Origin: Octopus bimaculoides
Taxonomy: Eukaryota
NCBI RefSeq assembly: GCF_001194135.2
Contig: NC_068988.1
Location: 91,328,725-91,392,724 of the forward strand
Direction of reading: 5' to 3'
DNA: 64,000 nt
Translations under genes and position numbers: made by a program
Notes under the pieces: model-generated
What the model saw: only the letters and a program-made list of their open reading frames with translations
What the model was told of the DNA's origin: nothing
Database searches by the model: none
Shown here: positions 50,621 through 63,919 of the stretch, one piece after another
How the letters are laid out: the number at the start of each line of letters is the position of its first letter
Position numbering within the stretch: position 1 is the first letter of the stretch

Positions 50621-50639
50621 ATAGTATTATTATTATTAC

Positions 50640-50901
50640 TATTCAGTAGTTTCATTTTTATAACGTGCTTTCACTTCACTACCGAGCGCAGCTCTGTGTG
50701 CCTTGGGTATGTGCTGTGGTTTGCTGTGGTGCTCTTATGTTTACTGTATTGAAAGTGTTTTGCGTAGAATGTGTGCAGTACCCAGTAGTGCAATTTTCTG
50801 TATGTTATATATATTTGTAAGTCCTGCTATTTTTGTTATGTATTTGTCTGAATATTTTTTTATTATACCTAAGGCACCTACTATGATAGGAATTGTTTCT
50901 G

Positions 50902-50906
<5 letters not shown>
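50640..50906 (-). mobile_element. 5'-truncated R4/Dong-like LINE: end of the RLE domain plus 3' UTR, within (TAA)n
   Basis: KTETIPIIVGALG...IQKIALLGTAHILRKTL* (stop at 50741), about 100 nt of 3' UTR, and (TAA)n tracts on both sides (50622-40, 50907-68). Confidence 0.85.
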
Positions 50907-50968
<62 letters not shown>

Positions 50969-51746
50969 NNNNNNNNNNNNNNNNNNNNNNNNNNNNNNNN
51001 NNNNNNNNNNNNNNNNNNNNNNNNNNNNNNNNNNNNNNNNNNNNNNNNNNNNNNNNNNNNNNNNNNNNNNNNNNNNNNNNNNNNNNNNNNNNNNNNNNNN
51101 NNNNNNNNNNNNNNNNNNNNNNNNNNNNNNNNNNNNNNNNNNNNNNNNNNNNNNNNNNNNNNNNNNNNNNNNNNNNNNNNNNNNNNNNNNNNNNNNNNNN
51201 NNNNNNNNNNNNNNNNNNNNNNNNNNNNNNNNNNNNNNNNNNNNNNNNNNNNNNNNNNNNNNNNNNNNNNNNNNNNNNNNNNNNNNNNNNNNNNNNNNNN
51301 NNNNNNNNNNNNNNNNNNNNNNNNNNNNNNNNNNNNNNNNNNNNNNNNNNNNNNNNNNNNNNNNNNNNNNNNNNNNNNNNNNNNNNNNNNNNNNNNNNNN
51401 NNNNNNNNNNNNNNNNNNNNNNNNNNNNNNNNNNNNNNNNNNNNNNNNNNNNNNNNNNNNNNNNNNNNNNNNNNNNNNNNNNNNNNNNNNNNNNNNNNNN
51501 NNNNNNNNNNNNNNNNNNNNNNNNNNNNNNNNNNNNNNNNNNNNNNNNNNNNNNNNNNNNNNNNNNNNNNNNNNNNNNNNNNNNNNNNNNNNNNNNNNNN
51601 NNNNNNNNNNNNNNNNNNNNNNNNNNNNNNNNNNNNNNNNNNNNNNNNNNNNNNNNNNNNNNNNNNNNNNNNNNNNNNNNNNNNNNNNNNNNNNNNNNNN
51701 NNNNNNNNNNNNNNNNNNNNNNNNNNNNNNNNNNNNNNNNNNNNNN

Positions 51747-51819
<73 letters not shown>

Positions 51820-52329
51820 TGATCTTAATTAAGCATTTGTCATGTATCTTGAACGAGCAAATTACCAATTGAAGGAGTTTCGAGATAAAAGGAAAAGTCA
51901 AAACTGACGGAAATGGAACTTAGACGACAGCTTAAATACCGGAAAGAAGTCTTTCCGACATTCTACCAATTCTACAAATCAGCTATCCTTAACCCTTTGC
52001 TTTGCCATACCATTTTCATAACTTTGTCCTAAACGTTCATGTTTGTTTTCAGACTTTTAGTCATCTTTTGTTTTATACGTTCTGAGCAATACAAAGCCGG
52101 TCTTTCATTGGTCCCCAGTAACTCTTGTAGTTGAAAATATTTCCTAATGTGTATCACGTATGATGCATGGACGGCATGGAAATATGTTTTGTGTATCACA
52201 TCTTATACACAGGACATATAAAAAAATATAAAAAGAGATTGAGGAAGAGAAAATGTATGTTAATTTTGAACCTGGATACGTCGTGAGTAAAGAATGAAAG
52301 ATACGACGTATTTAAATGATTTACACAAT

Positions 52330-53580
52330 ATCGGTTTGACTCAAGGCCAGCAGCTTTGGGATATAGGGTAAGTCAATTACATCGACCCCAGAGTTCAACT
52401 GGTACTTATTTTATTGATCTCGAAAGGATGTAAAGCAAAGCCGATCTCAGCGGAATTTGAACTCAGAACGTAAAGACGGACGAAATGTTGTTAGGCATTT
52501 TGCTCGGCGTGCTAACGATTCAGCTAGCTCATCACCTTAATGATTTACAAAATATTTTCAAAATAGTTAATTAAGTAATACTTAAGTGGATAAATCATAA
52601 CGTCTATTGAGAAGGCTCGTGGCCTAGTGGTTGGGAATTCTGCATTCACAAAAATATGGTTTCGATTCATGGACCGAGCTGCCTTTGTGTTCTTGAGGAA
52701 AAAAAGCTTCATTTCACATTGCTGCAGTCCCCGCAGCTGTAACTGAGTAACCCTGCCATGGACCGGCATCCTGTCAGGAAGAACAGTATGATGTCGGTTA
52801 GTTATACACTATGGAAACCATACAGCGGGCCCTATGAATCCTAGGACTCGGTACAGCATTGTAATAGCTATTACTGTGTTTTGAAGAGACAAAATCAAAG
52901 CGTAAGACTTTTATGTCACCTCACAGTTCACCAATATATTACACATTTAGAGTTATCTAATACGTTCTGTGTTCAAATGCCGAGGTCAACTTAGTATTTG
53001 ACGCTCGCAAGGTCGATAAAATAAAACTCAAGTACTAGAGCCTATGTATTCGAATATCCCCTGCTCAGATTTTCAGACCTTGCACCTAAGCTAGTAGAAT
53101 CGTTGGAGTAACAGGAAAAACACGTTTTCAAGTATATGATCTGGCTGGCTCTTTTACATTTTGGGTTCTGCGAGCCGGCAGAATCGATACCGTGCTTTGC
53201 GGAATTTCATCTGGCTTTATATGCTGAGTTCAAATACCGCTGGGGTCGACTTTGCCTTTCCTCTATTCGGGGTTGATAAAATAAGCACCAATCGAGCATG
53301 TGAGTCGATGTAATTCACTTACCCATTTCCATGAAATTGTTGCCTTTGTGTCAAAGTTTAAAACCTATATTTATGTTCTATCTAAAGCAGCGAGCTGTCA
53401 GGATCGCAAACATGCCAGGCCTTGTATTCTGTTCAAATTCCGCCGAGGCCGACTTTGCCTTTCATCCATACGTTGTCGATAAAATAAATACCAGTCGAGC
53501 ACTGGGGTCGATAGTCATTGACTTACCTCACATCACCCCACCCATGAAATTGCTGGCGTTGTGCCAAAATTTGAAACTAA
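52330..53580. mobile_element. SINE cluster: family C (-) 52330-52540, family D (+) 52612-52780, three family C (+) copies 52960-53580
   Basis: Recurrent B-box and core motifs as in the other copies. Confidence 0.85.
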
Positions 53581-53687
53581 TATTTATGTTCTATCTCCTT
53601 CACTGTCTCTTTCTTTATTTCTATCTATCTCTCGCTGTGTGAGTGAGTGTGCGCGCGCGAGTAGTTGTAACAGCAGCCGCAGCAGTG

Positions 53688-53764
<77 letters not shown>

Positions 53765-54064
53765 TGCCTGAGCATTATGCATCTCATCTCATCTCAAGTC
53801 ATGTATTTCTAACATGTGTTTTAAATGTTTCTCAGAATAAGGGTTCAGAACCCTAAATGAGTCTTCCGCTACTTCATCTACAATAACTGGATGCTGGCCT
53901 TAACCACGCAGAATTACTGGTTCCCAGGCAGTACAGGTCCTTCAAGAATCCCTGAAGAATGCAGAAATGATTGCAATACACTCCACAAAACTTTCTTATC
54001 ATACACTCGTGAAATTATTAGATGTGACACTTGGTTTTCAATTATTTACCTTCTCAATCAATTG

Positions 54065-54097
<33 letters not shown>

Positions 54098-55534
54098 AGC
54101 ACGCACGCACGCACGCACGCATGAATACATGTGTGTATGCGTATATACATATGCACATGATTATGTGCCTTATGAGTGCAAATGCATGTGTGTGTGTGTG
54201 TGCGTGTGCGTTTCCATACCAATAAGAGCAATACGCCTGGGGAGAAAAAAAAATCCACTTTTAGTGTGACTGTGAGCACGAATGAAAGTGTAAATGGATG
54301 GTTCTGTTTTGTATCTGTATATATGTATATAGATGTGTCTGCGCGGACGCACACACACACACACACATACACACACACACACACCACACACCACACACAC
54401 ACACACCACACACCACACACACNNNNNNNNNNNNNNNNNNNNNNNNNNNNNNNNNNNNNNNNNNNNNNNNNNNNNNNNNNNNNNNNNNNNNNNNNNNNNN
54501 NNNNNNNNNNNNNNNNNNNNNNNNNNNNNNNNNNNNNNNNNNNNNNNNNNNNNNNNNNNNNNNNNNNNNNNNNNNNNNNNNNNNNNNNNNNNNNNNNNNN
54601 NNNNNNNNNNNNNNNNNNNNNNNNNNNNNNNNNNNNNNNNNNNNNNNNNNNNNNNNNNNNNNNNNNNNNNNNNNNNNNNNNNNNNNNNNNNNNNNNNNNN
54701 NNNNNNNNNNNNNNNNNNNNNNNNNNNNNNNNNNNNNNNNNNNNNNNNNNNNNNNNNNNNNNNNNNNNNNNNNNNNNNNNNNNNNNNNNNNNNNNNNNNN
54801 NNNNNNNNNNNNNNNNNNNNNNNNNNNNNNNNNNNNNNNNNNNNNNNNNNNNNNNNNNNNNNNNNNNNNNNNNNNNNNNNNNNNNNNNNNNNNNNNNNNN
54901 NNNNNNNNNNNNNNNNNNNNNNNNNNNNNNNNNNNNNNNNNNNNNNNNNNNNNNNNNNNNNNNNNNNNCCACACACACACACACCACACACCACACACAC
55001 ACACCACACACCACACACACACACACCACACACCACACACACGCACACAAAAACTGTACGCGTACATGCATGCTTGTACATATATTTTCAGTATCTCTAT
55101 ATATTTGTGGCAATTAGCTGTAAGCGCCCTCTAGGTCAAATGAAAGGGAGCTCACGTGGTTGAAGTAGACTAAACAGTGGTCCAGCATCACAGTTAGATA
55201 AGGGCCGCCTAGTTCTGAGTGTGTGGCCCTGAATGGCTGTTATGATGACGTATTCATTGCCTAGGTACACACACCACACCCTTGAGTGACTCAAGGCGTT
55301 TGTGCGAGCCATGTGCCGCTGTCCTCATTGCGTTACAATCACCGTTTATTGGTGTTTTTAAGACATGAGGGAGAAAGACAGAGAATGAGAGAGAGGTGGG
55401 GGGTTGTGTGTGTGAGTGTGAATGATTACGGAAAATATATTTATATATAAAAAATAGTAAAATGATACGTGTTTATATATGCATGTATGTATGTATAGAT
55501 GTATGTGTACATGCATATGCATATACATGTATGT

Positions 55535-55572
<38 letters not shown>

Positions 55573-56875
55573 GCACATATATATATTGAATATATCTATA
55601 TATATATATATANNNNNNNNNNNNNNNNNNNNNNNNNNNNNNNNNNNNNNNNNNNNNNNNNNNNNNNNNNNNNNNNNNNNNNNNNNNNNNNNNNNNNNNN
55701 NNNNNNNNNNNNNNNNNNNNNNNNNNNNNNNNNNNNNNNNNNNNNNNNNNNNNNNNNNNNNNNNNNNNNNNNNNNNNNNNNNNNNNNNNNNNNNNNNNNN
55801 NNNNNNNNNNNNNNNNNNNNNNNNNNNNNNNNNNNNNNNNNNNNNNNNNNNNNNNNNNNNNNNNNNNNNNNNNNNNNNNNNNNNNNNNNNNNNNNNNNNN
55901 NNNNNNNNNNNNNNNNNNNNNNNNNNNNNNNNNNNNNNNNNNNNNNNNNNNNNNNNNNNNNNNNNNNNNNNNNNNNNNNNNNNNNNNNNNNNNNNNNNNN
56001 NNNNNNNNNNNNNNNNNNNNNNNNNNNNNNNNNNNNNNNNNNNNNNNNNNNNNNNNNNNNNNNNNNNNNNNNNNNNNNNNNNNNNNNNNNNNNNNNNNNN
56101 NNNNNNNNNNNNNNNNNNNNNNNNNNNNNNNNNNNNNNNNNNNNNNNNNNNNNNNNNNNNNNNNNNNNNNNNNNNNNNNNNNNNNNNNNNNNNNNNNNNN
56201 NNNNNNNNNNNNNNNNNNNNNNNNNNNNNNNNNNNNNNNNNNNNNNNNNNNNNNNNNNNNNNNNNNNNNNNNNNNNNNNNNNNNNNNNNNNNNNNNNNNN
56301 NNNNNNNNNNNNNNNNNNNNNNNNNNNNNNNNNNNNNNNNNNNNNNNNNNNNNNNNNNNNNNNNNNNNNNNNNNNNNNNNNNNNNNNNNNNNNNNNNNNN
56401 NNNNNNNNNNNNNNNNNNNNNNNNNNNNNNNNNNNNNNNNNNNNNNNNNNNNNNNNNNNNNNNNNNNNNNNNNNNNNNNNNNNNNNNNTATATATATATA
56501 TATATATATATATGAGCGAATCGACGTGTATGTATGGTTGTATGATAAATACAGTACATGAAGGTATATTCTCAATGTGACGTCATTGACAATGGGGAAA
56601 TAAGGAAATACCAACAGTATTTGACCTTATTGACCTCTCGTCTCGTCTCTTCAACCTCATTTTCCTGAGAGATCAGGGATGAAACAACGATGGTGGTGGT
56701 GATGGTGGTGGTGGTGGTGTAGCTTTCTTGTCTTCTCCTTCCTCTAACTTTTCCCCTGGTTATTGTTGTGGTTGCTTCTTCTTCTTCTTCTTCTTCTTCT
56801 TCTTCAAATATCTCTCTATTTTATTTTCTCTGTCGCGCTATGTTCCGTGTTCATATCCCACCAAGGTCGACTCCT

Positions 56876-56943
56876 TTATAAAACATCTAGCTATTAATCA
56901 TCGCTAAATTATAAAACATCTAGCTATTAATCATCGCTAAATT
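56876..56943. repeat. Exact 33-bp tandem duplication
   Basis: TTATAAAACATCTAGCTATTAATCATCGCTAAA, two copies. Confidence 0.95.
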
Positions 56944-57296
56944 CTTCCTCCTTCAACACTCTCGTCCTTCTGTCTCTGGTGTCTCAGTTAGAAATCAACA
57001 TTTAACATTATCACTCAGTTCTGAGTTCAAATCACTCCCAGGCTCACTTTATCTTTGCTCCATCGAGGTCAGTAATGTAAAAATTACTTATATTTACTGA
57101 ATGTGGTATTCCAACATGGGCTTAAGCGTTAAGGATAAAACAAAATAATCAGCATTAATTAAATACACGTTGTGTGTGTGAGAAAAAGTGAGTGAGAGAG
57201 AGAGAGAGAGAGAGAGAGACAAAGAAAGCAAGAGAAAGAGAGAGCGATAGATAGAAAGTGTGTGTGTGTGTGCAACTTTGTTTATAACACCTTCCT

Positions 57297-57341
<45 letters not shown>

Positions 57342-57627
57342 CTCTCCCTACCTCCCTCACTCTTTCAATCTTTCTGATTAGCTTTGTTTACTTCTCTCTT
57401 TCCCTCTTTCTCTGTGTTTATATTTCTCTTACTTTCTCTAATTCTCTCTCTTTCACTCTCTTTATCTCTTTTTTTTTCTCTCTGAAGTAGAAATGTGATT
57501 AGTCAAAAGAAAACGTTTCTATAACATGAAATTATATTTTTTCTCTCTCTCTCTCTTGAATTCACAAAATCAAAAATTTACAAATTCAGAGCTCAAAAAG
57601 AACAAAAACGAGAATGTNNNNNNNNNN

Positions 57628-57662
<35 letters not shown>

Positions 57663-58109
57663 GCACATAAATGTTCTTAAAATAGGAAGATGCGGGTCAC
57701 ATGACAATCGTCTGCCTCTTGTGTGTGTCGTCTGCCATTCGTTTCACTACGATGTCAGCTGGATTAGCACACATACATACACACTTTTTCTCTCACACAT
57801 ACGCACACCACGTGCACATACAAGCAGCATCAACATCATCATCGTCATTAACATTATCATCATAATAGCTGTTCTCACCCCTGGCCTCAAGCTAAGACCA
57901 GCTGACCTTCCCGGTTCGATAAAATGTTATGATGGTATTACAACTGGATGACGTGGTTTGTAAAGAGGCAGGCGTAATGTTTTAGTGTTTTTGCGTTGTT
58001 TTGAGTTCAAATCCCGTTGTGAATAATCTTAACATTCACTGCTCCAGGAATTGTTGGAATAATGTCTATTAACGTACGAGGATAAAGTACAGGGAGCGCA
58101 CAACTACTA

Positions 58110-58440
58110 TTAAACAATAATTGTTTATTTTATCGAAAGTTGAAAGGCAAAGATGACCTCGGTCTGATTTGAACTCAGGACGTAAAGAACAGAAAAAAAA
58201 GTCTTATAGCGTTTATCCCGATGCTCTAACAAGTCTGCCACTTCACTGCCGTAAATAATTGTTTTTAATCTAAGCACGAGGCCAGCAATTTCGAGAGATG
58301 GAATATTAGCCGATTACATCAACCTTAGTATTTACTTGATTGGTACTTTAATTTAATCGATCCCAAAAGGATAAAAGGCCTGATTTGAGCAAAAAATATA
58401 AAGAGCCGGAACAAGGCATTTTTCCAACGCTCTAAAGGTT
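58110..58440 (-). mobile_element. Two diverged SINE family C copies
   Basis: GAAAGGCAAAGATGACCTCGG..ATTTGAACTCAG and CCGATTACATCAACC..TGGTACTT..ATCGATCCCAAAAGGAT. Confidence 0.75.
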
Positions 58441-58759
58441 TGGGTAATCTATCAACCATTTTAACTATTTAAGAATAATAACTTCTTTTCTTTATCACAA
58501 AGGTGATAGCTCAAGGGACCTTACAAGGATAGGTTACAACAAATGGATGGGGTTTACATTGAAATCGAATCAGAAATTAATACAATATACAAGATTTTTT
58601 TCCAATATTCTTAGCATAGGACTACTAGAGAAGGGCAATCAAAGAATACCACGGACCCAAGATTATCCTAACTACCTCTCTCAGTAATCATTCTTCAGGC
58701 TACAAGTACACACTGACACACTCGGGCAACATTCACAACTTTCACTCGCCTTTCAACAA

Positions 58760-60330
58760 ATTTACGGATTAAGTACTTCTGCCCTCACTTTCTTCTTTGG
58801 AGTTCTGCCTGCTTCTCAAACTGGCCCGGCTGGTTCGACTTAGTTTTTGCTCCTATAATCTGTCTATATTCCTTTAGAACAGTTCTGACCATCTGGACTT
58901 CCGTAGTAACCGATGGTATTACAAGAATTTTGTCTGCAGTTATCGATACGACTTTTCTGTGTGACAATTCGAACGGGATGTCGCGCAACTTTTTCAGTTT
59001 TCGCAGTTGAGTTTGAAGAAGCATTATATACAGGAAGGATGACAGAAATCACTCTTGATGACAAAGCACATGATTCCAAATAGTTCTGATCGGTATTCAT
59101 TTAGTCTGGCCACCAAGTAGGAGCCGCTAATACATTGAAGCAACATAGCCTCTGAAGATAGGATTGAAACCAGTTGCTTTGCAGATAGCTCTCAAGTAAA
59201 GAATGCCGACTCTATCGGAAATTTTTGATTGATAGGAGGGGAGGGGAGGGGGTTGGGAGTTTTGGGACACCTGTGAGTGCATGCAAGTTTTTTTCATGTC
59301 GGCCGGGGTAGAGGGAAGACCGGCGGTTGCAGGGGAAGGGTGTGGCAAAGTGTATTTGGATAGGAACTGGATGGGCGTGGGGTGGACTCATGACTACCAG
59401 TTTGTGTCTTTCTTTCTTTTTCTTTTCTATTTTCCCCATCATTCTTCGTCTCTTACATCCTTTGATGTTGTCTCTGTGCTTGTTTCTGGTGGAGGCGGAA
59501 TTCCGGTTTCCTTTTTTTTTTTTTTTTTTTTTGGTGTCAGGGGGTGGTGAATGGCAGTCAACCCTAATGTGACCCTTTTGGCCACAATGATAGCATCTAG
59601 GGATTCAGCCCTCCACTTTAACCCTCAGCACTACATCTTCCACCGTGATGGTTTCTATGATCTTTTCGATATCTTCTGGGGTGGCTTGAATTAATAACTC
59701 GAACCCTTGCCCCTGCCAGTTCTTATGGGCCGTGCACGTGGCTTGGAGGACCACCACTTTCTCCTCCAGGCCTAACAGGATCGCGTCTCCTAACCAGGCT
59801 GCGTCTATCTCTGGAGGTATGTCCTCCACCCTCACCCTGGAAGTACGTCTTCCAAGGTATGTGGGTAGAAGCACTACCTCCTTCGTCTTCAGCGGGGTTA
59901 CAGAGTGCAGCCTGGTAGTAGCTGCATCCCTGAACCGCACCTCCACCGTGCCGTACTTCCTGCCTCTATTTATATGCATTATTTCACCCCAAATGGGCTT
60001 TAACGCCTTTTCTATTTGACTTTGCATCATTATTTCAGTTTTTTTTGGCTCTCCGCCGAGAGCGTTCGAAATGATTAATTTATCCTTTTGACTTAACATG
60101 ACATCTCGGGGCGGGGACACATTTACACTGTTTCCATCTTTTATCAATAGTTCATTAAACTTTCCAATCTGGTTCAAATTAATATTTTTCTAGTGGCTTT
60201 TAGCTGCCTTTGTAGCATTCATCTTGTCTACGTTGTCAATTGCTCTGAGGAGTTCCTCTTCTGAGGAGGAATACTCAGACGAGCTTATGCTATTCGAATA
60301 GGACATCCTTGAAGCTTCGCAACCCCCTAC
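58760..60330 (-). mobile_element. Internally deleted Tx1-like element: ORF1 followed by a decayed RT fragment
   Basis: ORF1 runs from ATG 60306 with one TAG and one TGA into the knuckle CYHCGQKGHIRVDC (59554-59595). RT remnants YQSKISDRV...KATGFNPIFRGYVASMY and LRKLKKLRDIP...TVLKEYRQIIGAK (58785-59235). Confidence 0.85.
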
Positions 60331-60519
60331 AAAAAGGGAACATGTATCAGTGAAATATTAATGGAATATTCCAATACTGAGTTTAAATCTTCTGGTGGAA
60401 ACAACATCTTATCTAGGGTGAGAATTATTTTTCATCGGTTTACATCTGCAGAAAAAATGTGTGGATCCTTGTGACGAGATAAATATTATTTATACTTAAT
60501 TATTTGCATTTCTCTTATT

Positions 60520-60720
60520 GAGACAAGGCCAACAATTTGAGGGTAGTGGGTTGGTCGATAACATCGACCCCAGTCCTCAACTGATACTTATTTTATCAGC
60601 CCCAAAAGGTCACAGTCGACCTCAATAAAATTTGAACTCAAAACCTAAAGCAGTAAGAAATGCCGCTAAGCACTTTTCTATTTACAGCGTGCTAGCGAAT
60701 TCTACCAGCTCGCCGCCTTA
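60520..60720 (-). mobile_element. SINE family C
   Basis: CATCGACCCCAGTCCTCAACTG...GTCGACCTC...TTTGAACTC...CCAGCTCGCCGCCTT. Confidence 0.85.
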
Positions 60721-61382
60721 TGTTTAATCATTCGAGCAGCAATGACAGCAGCTAGCCCAAGTTTGTTAATTCTTCAACAACATTACTATGTTAATAACTA
60801 TGTTCTGAGCATGATTTTAAACTGCATCAACTAGTGTGGCTCTAGTTTGAGAATTACAGAATTTTCAGGAGTAGCAATACCTGTGAGGGTTCCAACTATG
60901 GGTTAATTAGCATGTAAAAAAATTGTAAGTGGTAAATATGGGAATAAACAGTCCTGAAGCAAATCAGGGGTGGCTCCTTCGCAAGGTCTAACACCTAGTA
61001 GCCACTCAAACCATCCCGGCCAACCGAGCCAACGAAAATCTTGGGATGCAGCAATGTGAACTATTTCGGCAGCTGAACTTATTGAGTCAATGGCGGATAT
61101 CACTAGATGCTGAGCGGACGAACAGGCAACAAAATGTCAACAGCCAGGTTCAACCAGTTCAGTGAGTGAACTACTGCTATCATCTGTAGCTGTGGCATGC
61201 GCAGATGAGACATTCAGCTATCGAAACACCAATATGACTTATTGCTCCGGAGAAGTCACTCAACTGGTTGATGATGAGGAGGATGATAACTATGTTTCTC
61301 TGTTCAAGAACGTTGTCATCGTCGTCTTCGAACACGCTTTCAGACATAGAACATATACCGTTGATTACAAGATTTGCATTTT

Positions 61383-61771
61383 TTTATTTGTTTCAGTCAT
61401 TTGACTGCGGCTATGCGGGAGCTCGTCTTGAAGGGCTTTAGTCGAACAAAATTACCCCAGGACCTTTTTTTTAAAACCTAGTACTTATTCTATCGGACTC
61501 TTTTTGCCGAACCGCTAGGTTACGGGGACGTAAGTACACTAACACCGGTTTTCAAGTGGTGATGGTGGAAGAAATACAGACACAAAAACACATCACATAT
61601 ATATGTATACGACGAGCTTCTTTCAGTTTCCGTCTGCCAAATCTACTCACAAGGTTTTGGTCGGCCCGTGGGTATAGTTGAAGACACTTGCCCATGGTGC
61701 CACGCAGTAGGAATGAACCCGGAACCATGTGTTTGGGAAACAAGCTTCTTACCACACAGCCACGCCTACAC
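61383..61771 (-). mobile_element. Full-length SINE family A
   Basis: Collinear with 12582-13002. Confidence 0.9.
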
Positions 61772-62129
61772 CTATACGTTATTATTTCATCATTATGTCA
61801 CTCAAAGCTAATAATATTAGAGATGGGGTGTCATACCCTTTATAAAAGTACCGTGACCGATAGTGCTTGCACCTCTGTCTACCAGTAAGTCCCGTAAGTT
61901 TAATGTTATAAAACCTAATGGGAACAATATGTCACAAAAGTAGTTCAAGTTCAGATTTTGCAAGCTTATCATTTATTCACAGGTTGCAACAACGAAAGGA
62001 GTCGGAAATTGTTGTCCTATATTTGTACGAGGTGAGACATCTTACAATTTTCCTTAGAAATTACTTTATTTGTTGATCTCTTTCATGCAACTGAGCTCAG
62101 TGGTCTTATTTTGTAACTTTCTTTGGGTG

Positions 62130-62310
62130 GTGAATTAGTAGATGCAAGAGCGTCAGACGAAATGCCTGGTGGCATTTGCTCCGGCTTCTTACGTTCTGAG
62201 ACCAAATCTCACAGAAGTAAACTTTGTATTTCATCCCTAAGGGAAGGAATAAATCAAGTACGAGTTTCGCTGTAATCGACCAGTTACCTTCTCTTAAAAC
62301 TGCTATGTTT
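62130..62310 (+). mobile_element. Diverged SINE family C
   Basis: GGCATTTGCTCCGGCTTCTTACGTTCTGAGACCAAATC...TTTCATCCCTAAGG. Confidence 0.65.
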
Positions 62311-62329
62311 GTATTCAATACAATTAGTT

Positions 62330-62392
<63 letters not shown>

Positions 62393-63007
62393 NNNNNNNN
62401 NNACACACACATACATATATAATATATATATGCATATATATTTTTTCCTACGTCGAGTTCAACTATTTTAAGGAAAGAATTATACATACTTACACATACA
62501 CACGCGCGCGCGCGCGCGCACACACATATTTCGCTTAAGCAAAGTGATATTTAGATTCTGGTGTTAGGACTCAATATACATGTTTCAGAATAAAGTCAAG
62601 TACAGAGCGTAATATGAAAATAAACAATGACAAAGGAACAGGAAATTATGCAATGAAATTCATTAGCTTACAGCTGTTTCTGCGATAAGATGCAGTGCAC
62701 GCAGAAATGAGTGCATGTGCATCACCTTATAGCTTCAAAAGTGAAGCGCACTGCATCTTGTAGCAGAAACAGCACTAAGCTAGTGCAGTTCAATGCGTAA
62801 TTTCCTGTCCTTTTGTACATATATAAATACATATATATATATATATATATAAAGGAGCACAAAAAATGGGACAAGAACGCAAAACATCCAGACAGATAAT
62901 ACAAAAGAGGGACAAGAAAAAACACGGACGGGTCATTCGAAGTTTTCTTTCTTCAGTCGAGTTCCAGATTATCTTTGCAATTTCGGCTGGTTATACTCGA
63001 GATTATA

Positions 63008-63740
63008 CAGGGTGCGTAAGATATTTGAGGACAGATTTATGTTTATAAATAAATAAATAAATAAACATATATATTATAACAGATAATAACTTTATTTATC
63101 AAAAAATGCTATGTGGATAAAAATAAACCTTCTTTTCTATAATGTTATTCAATAAAGCCATCTTCAGCTTCAACAACTGCTTCTTTATGAGATCTAAGTC
63201 ATCTCATACTCGAATCAAGTCGTCTTGGTTCACTTTGGATATTACTCTGACTATGGCAGCTTTCATAGAATCTTTGGTGTTATGGACGTGTTCAGTGACC
63301 TCTCCCTCAACAACGCTCCTCATGTGATAGTCCAATGGATTGAGATCTGGGGAATTAGGAGGCCAAATGTTAGGGGTTATGTGATCAAGAAAATTTTTCA
63401 GCCATCCATTCCTGTGTTACTAGAACCATGTGTGAAAGTGCAGAGCCTGACTGAAACTCAAGGCGGCAGAGTTAACTCTAAGACTTTGTGGAAAGAAGTA
63501 AGGAGGCATCACATATCCTTCATTGCTGACAACTCCCAAAACCATAACAGTTACAGGAAATCTTGTATGCATAACACTTGGAACTGCAGAAGGGTTTGCA
63601 CATAGTCATCTGTCATTTCTTCTGTTAACTTTTTGATCTTGGTCGAAGTGTTTCTCGTTTGAGAAAAACCAAATCAAATCTTCTTCTGCTGGATTTTTCA
63701 GTTTGTTTAAGAGCCTTATAAGTCTGATATAGTGATTTTC
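63008..63740 (-). mobile_element. Truncated Tc1/mariner relic
   Basis: TA|CAGGGTGCGTAAG end at 63008; minus-strand ITPNIWPPNSPDLNPLDY...VVEGEVT...TKDSMKAAI. The second TIR was not found. Confidence 0.8.
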
Positions 63741-63764
63741 TTTTGCTTTCTCGGACAAATTGAA

Positions 63765-63919
63765 CTTTCCTTATCTGCTACCAAATCTACTCACAAGGCT
63801 TTGGTCGGCCCGAGGCTACAGTAGAAGACACTTGCCCAAGGTGCCACGCAGTGGGACTGAACCCGGAACCATGTGGTTTGTAACCAAGCCACATACCACA
63901 CAGCCACACCTGCGCCTCC
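63765..63919 (-). mobile_element. SINE family A 5' half
   Basis: Matches 12855-13002. Confidence 0.9.

Larger units (their letters stand above)
653..62402. other. Assembly gaps (13 N-runs)
   Basis: Approximate starts: 653, 3153, 9250, 27222, 29757, 37826, 40334, 47306, 50969, 54423, 55613, 57618, 62393. Confidence 0.98.
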
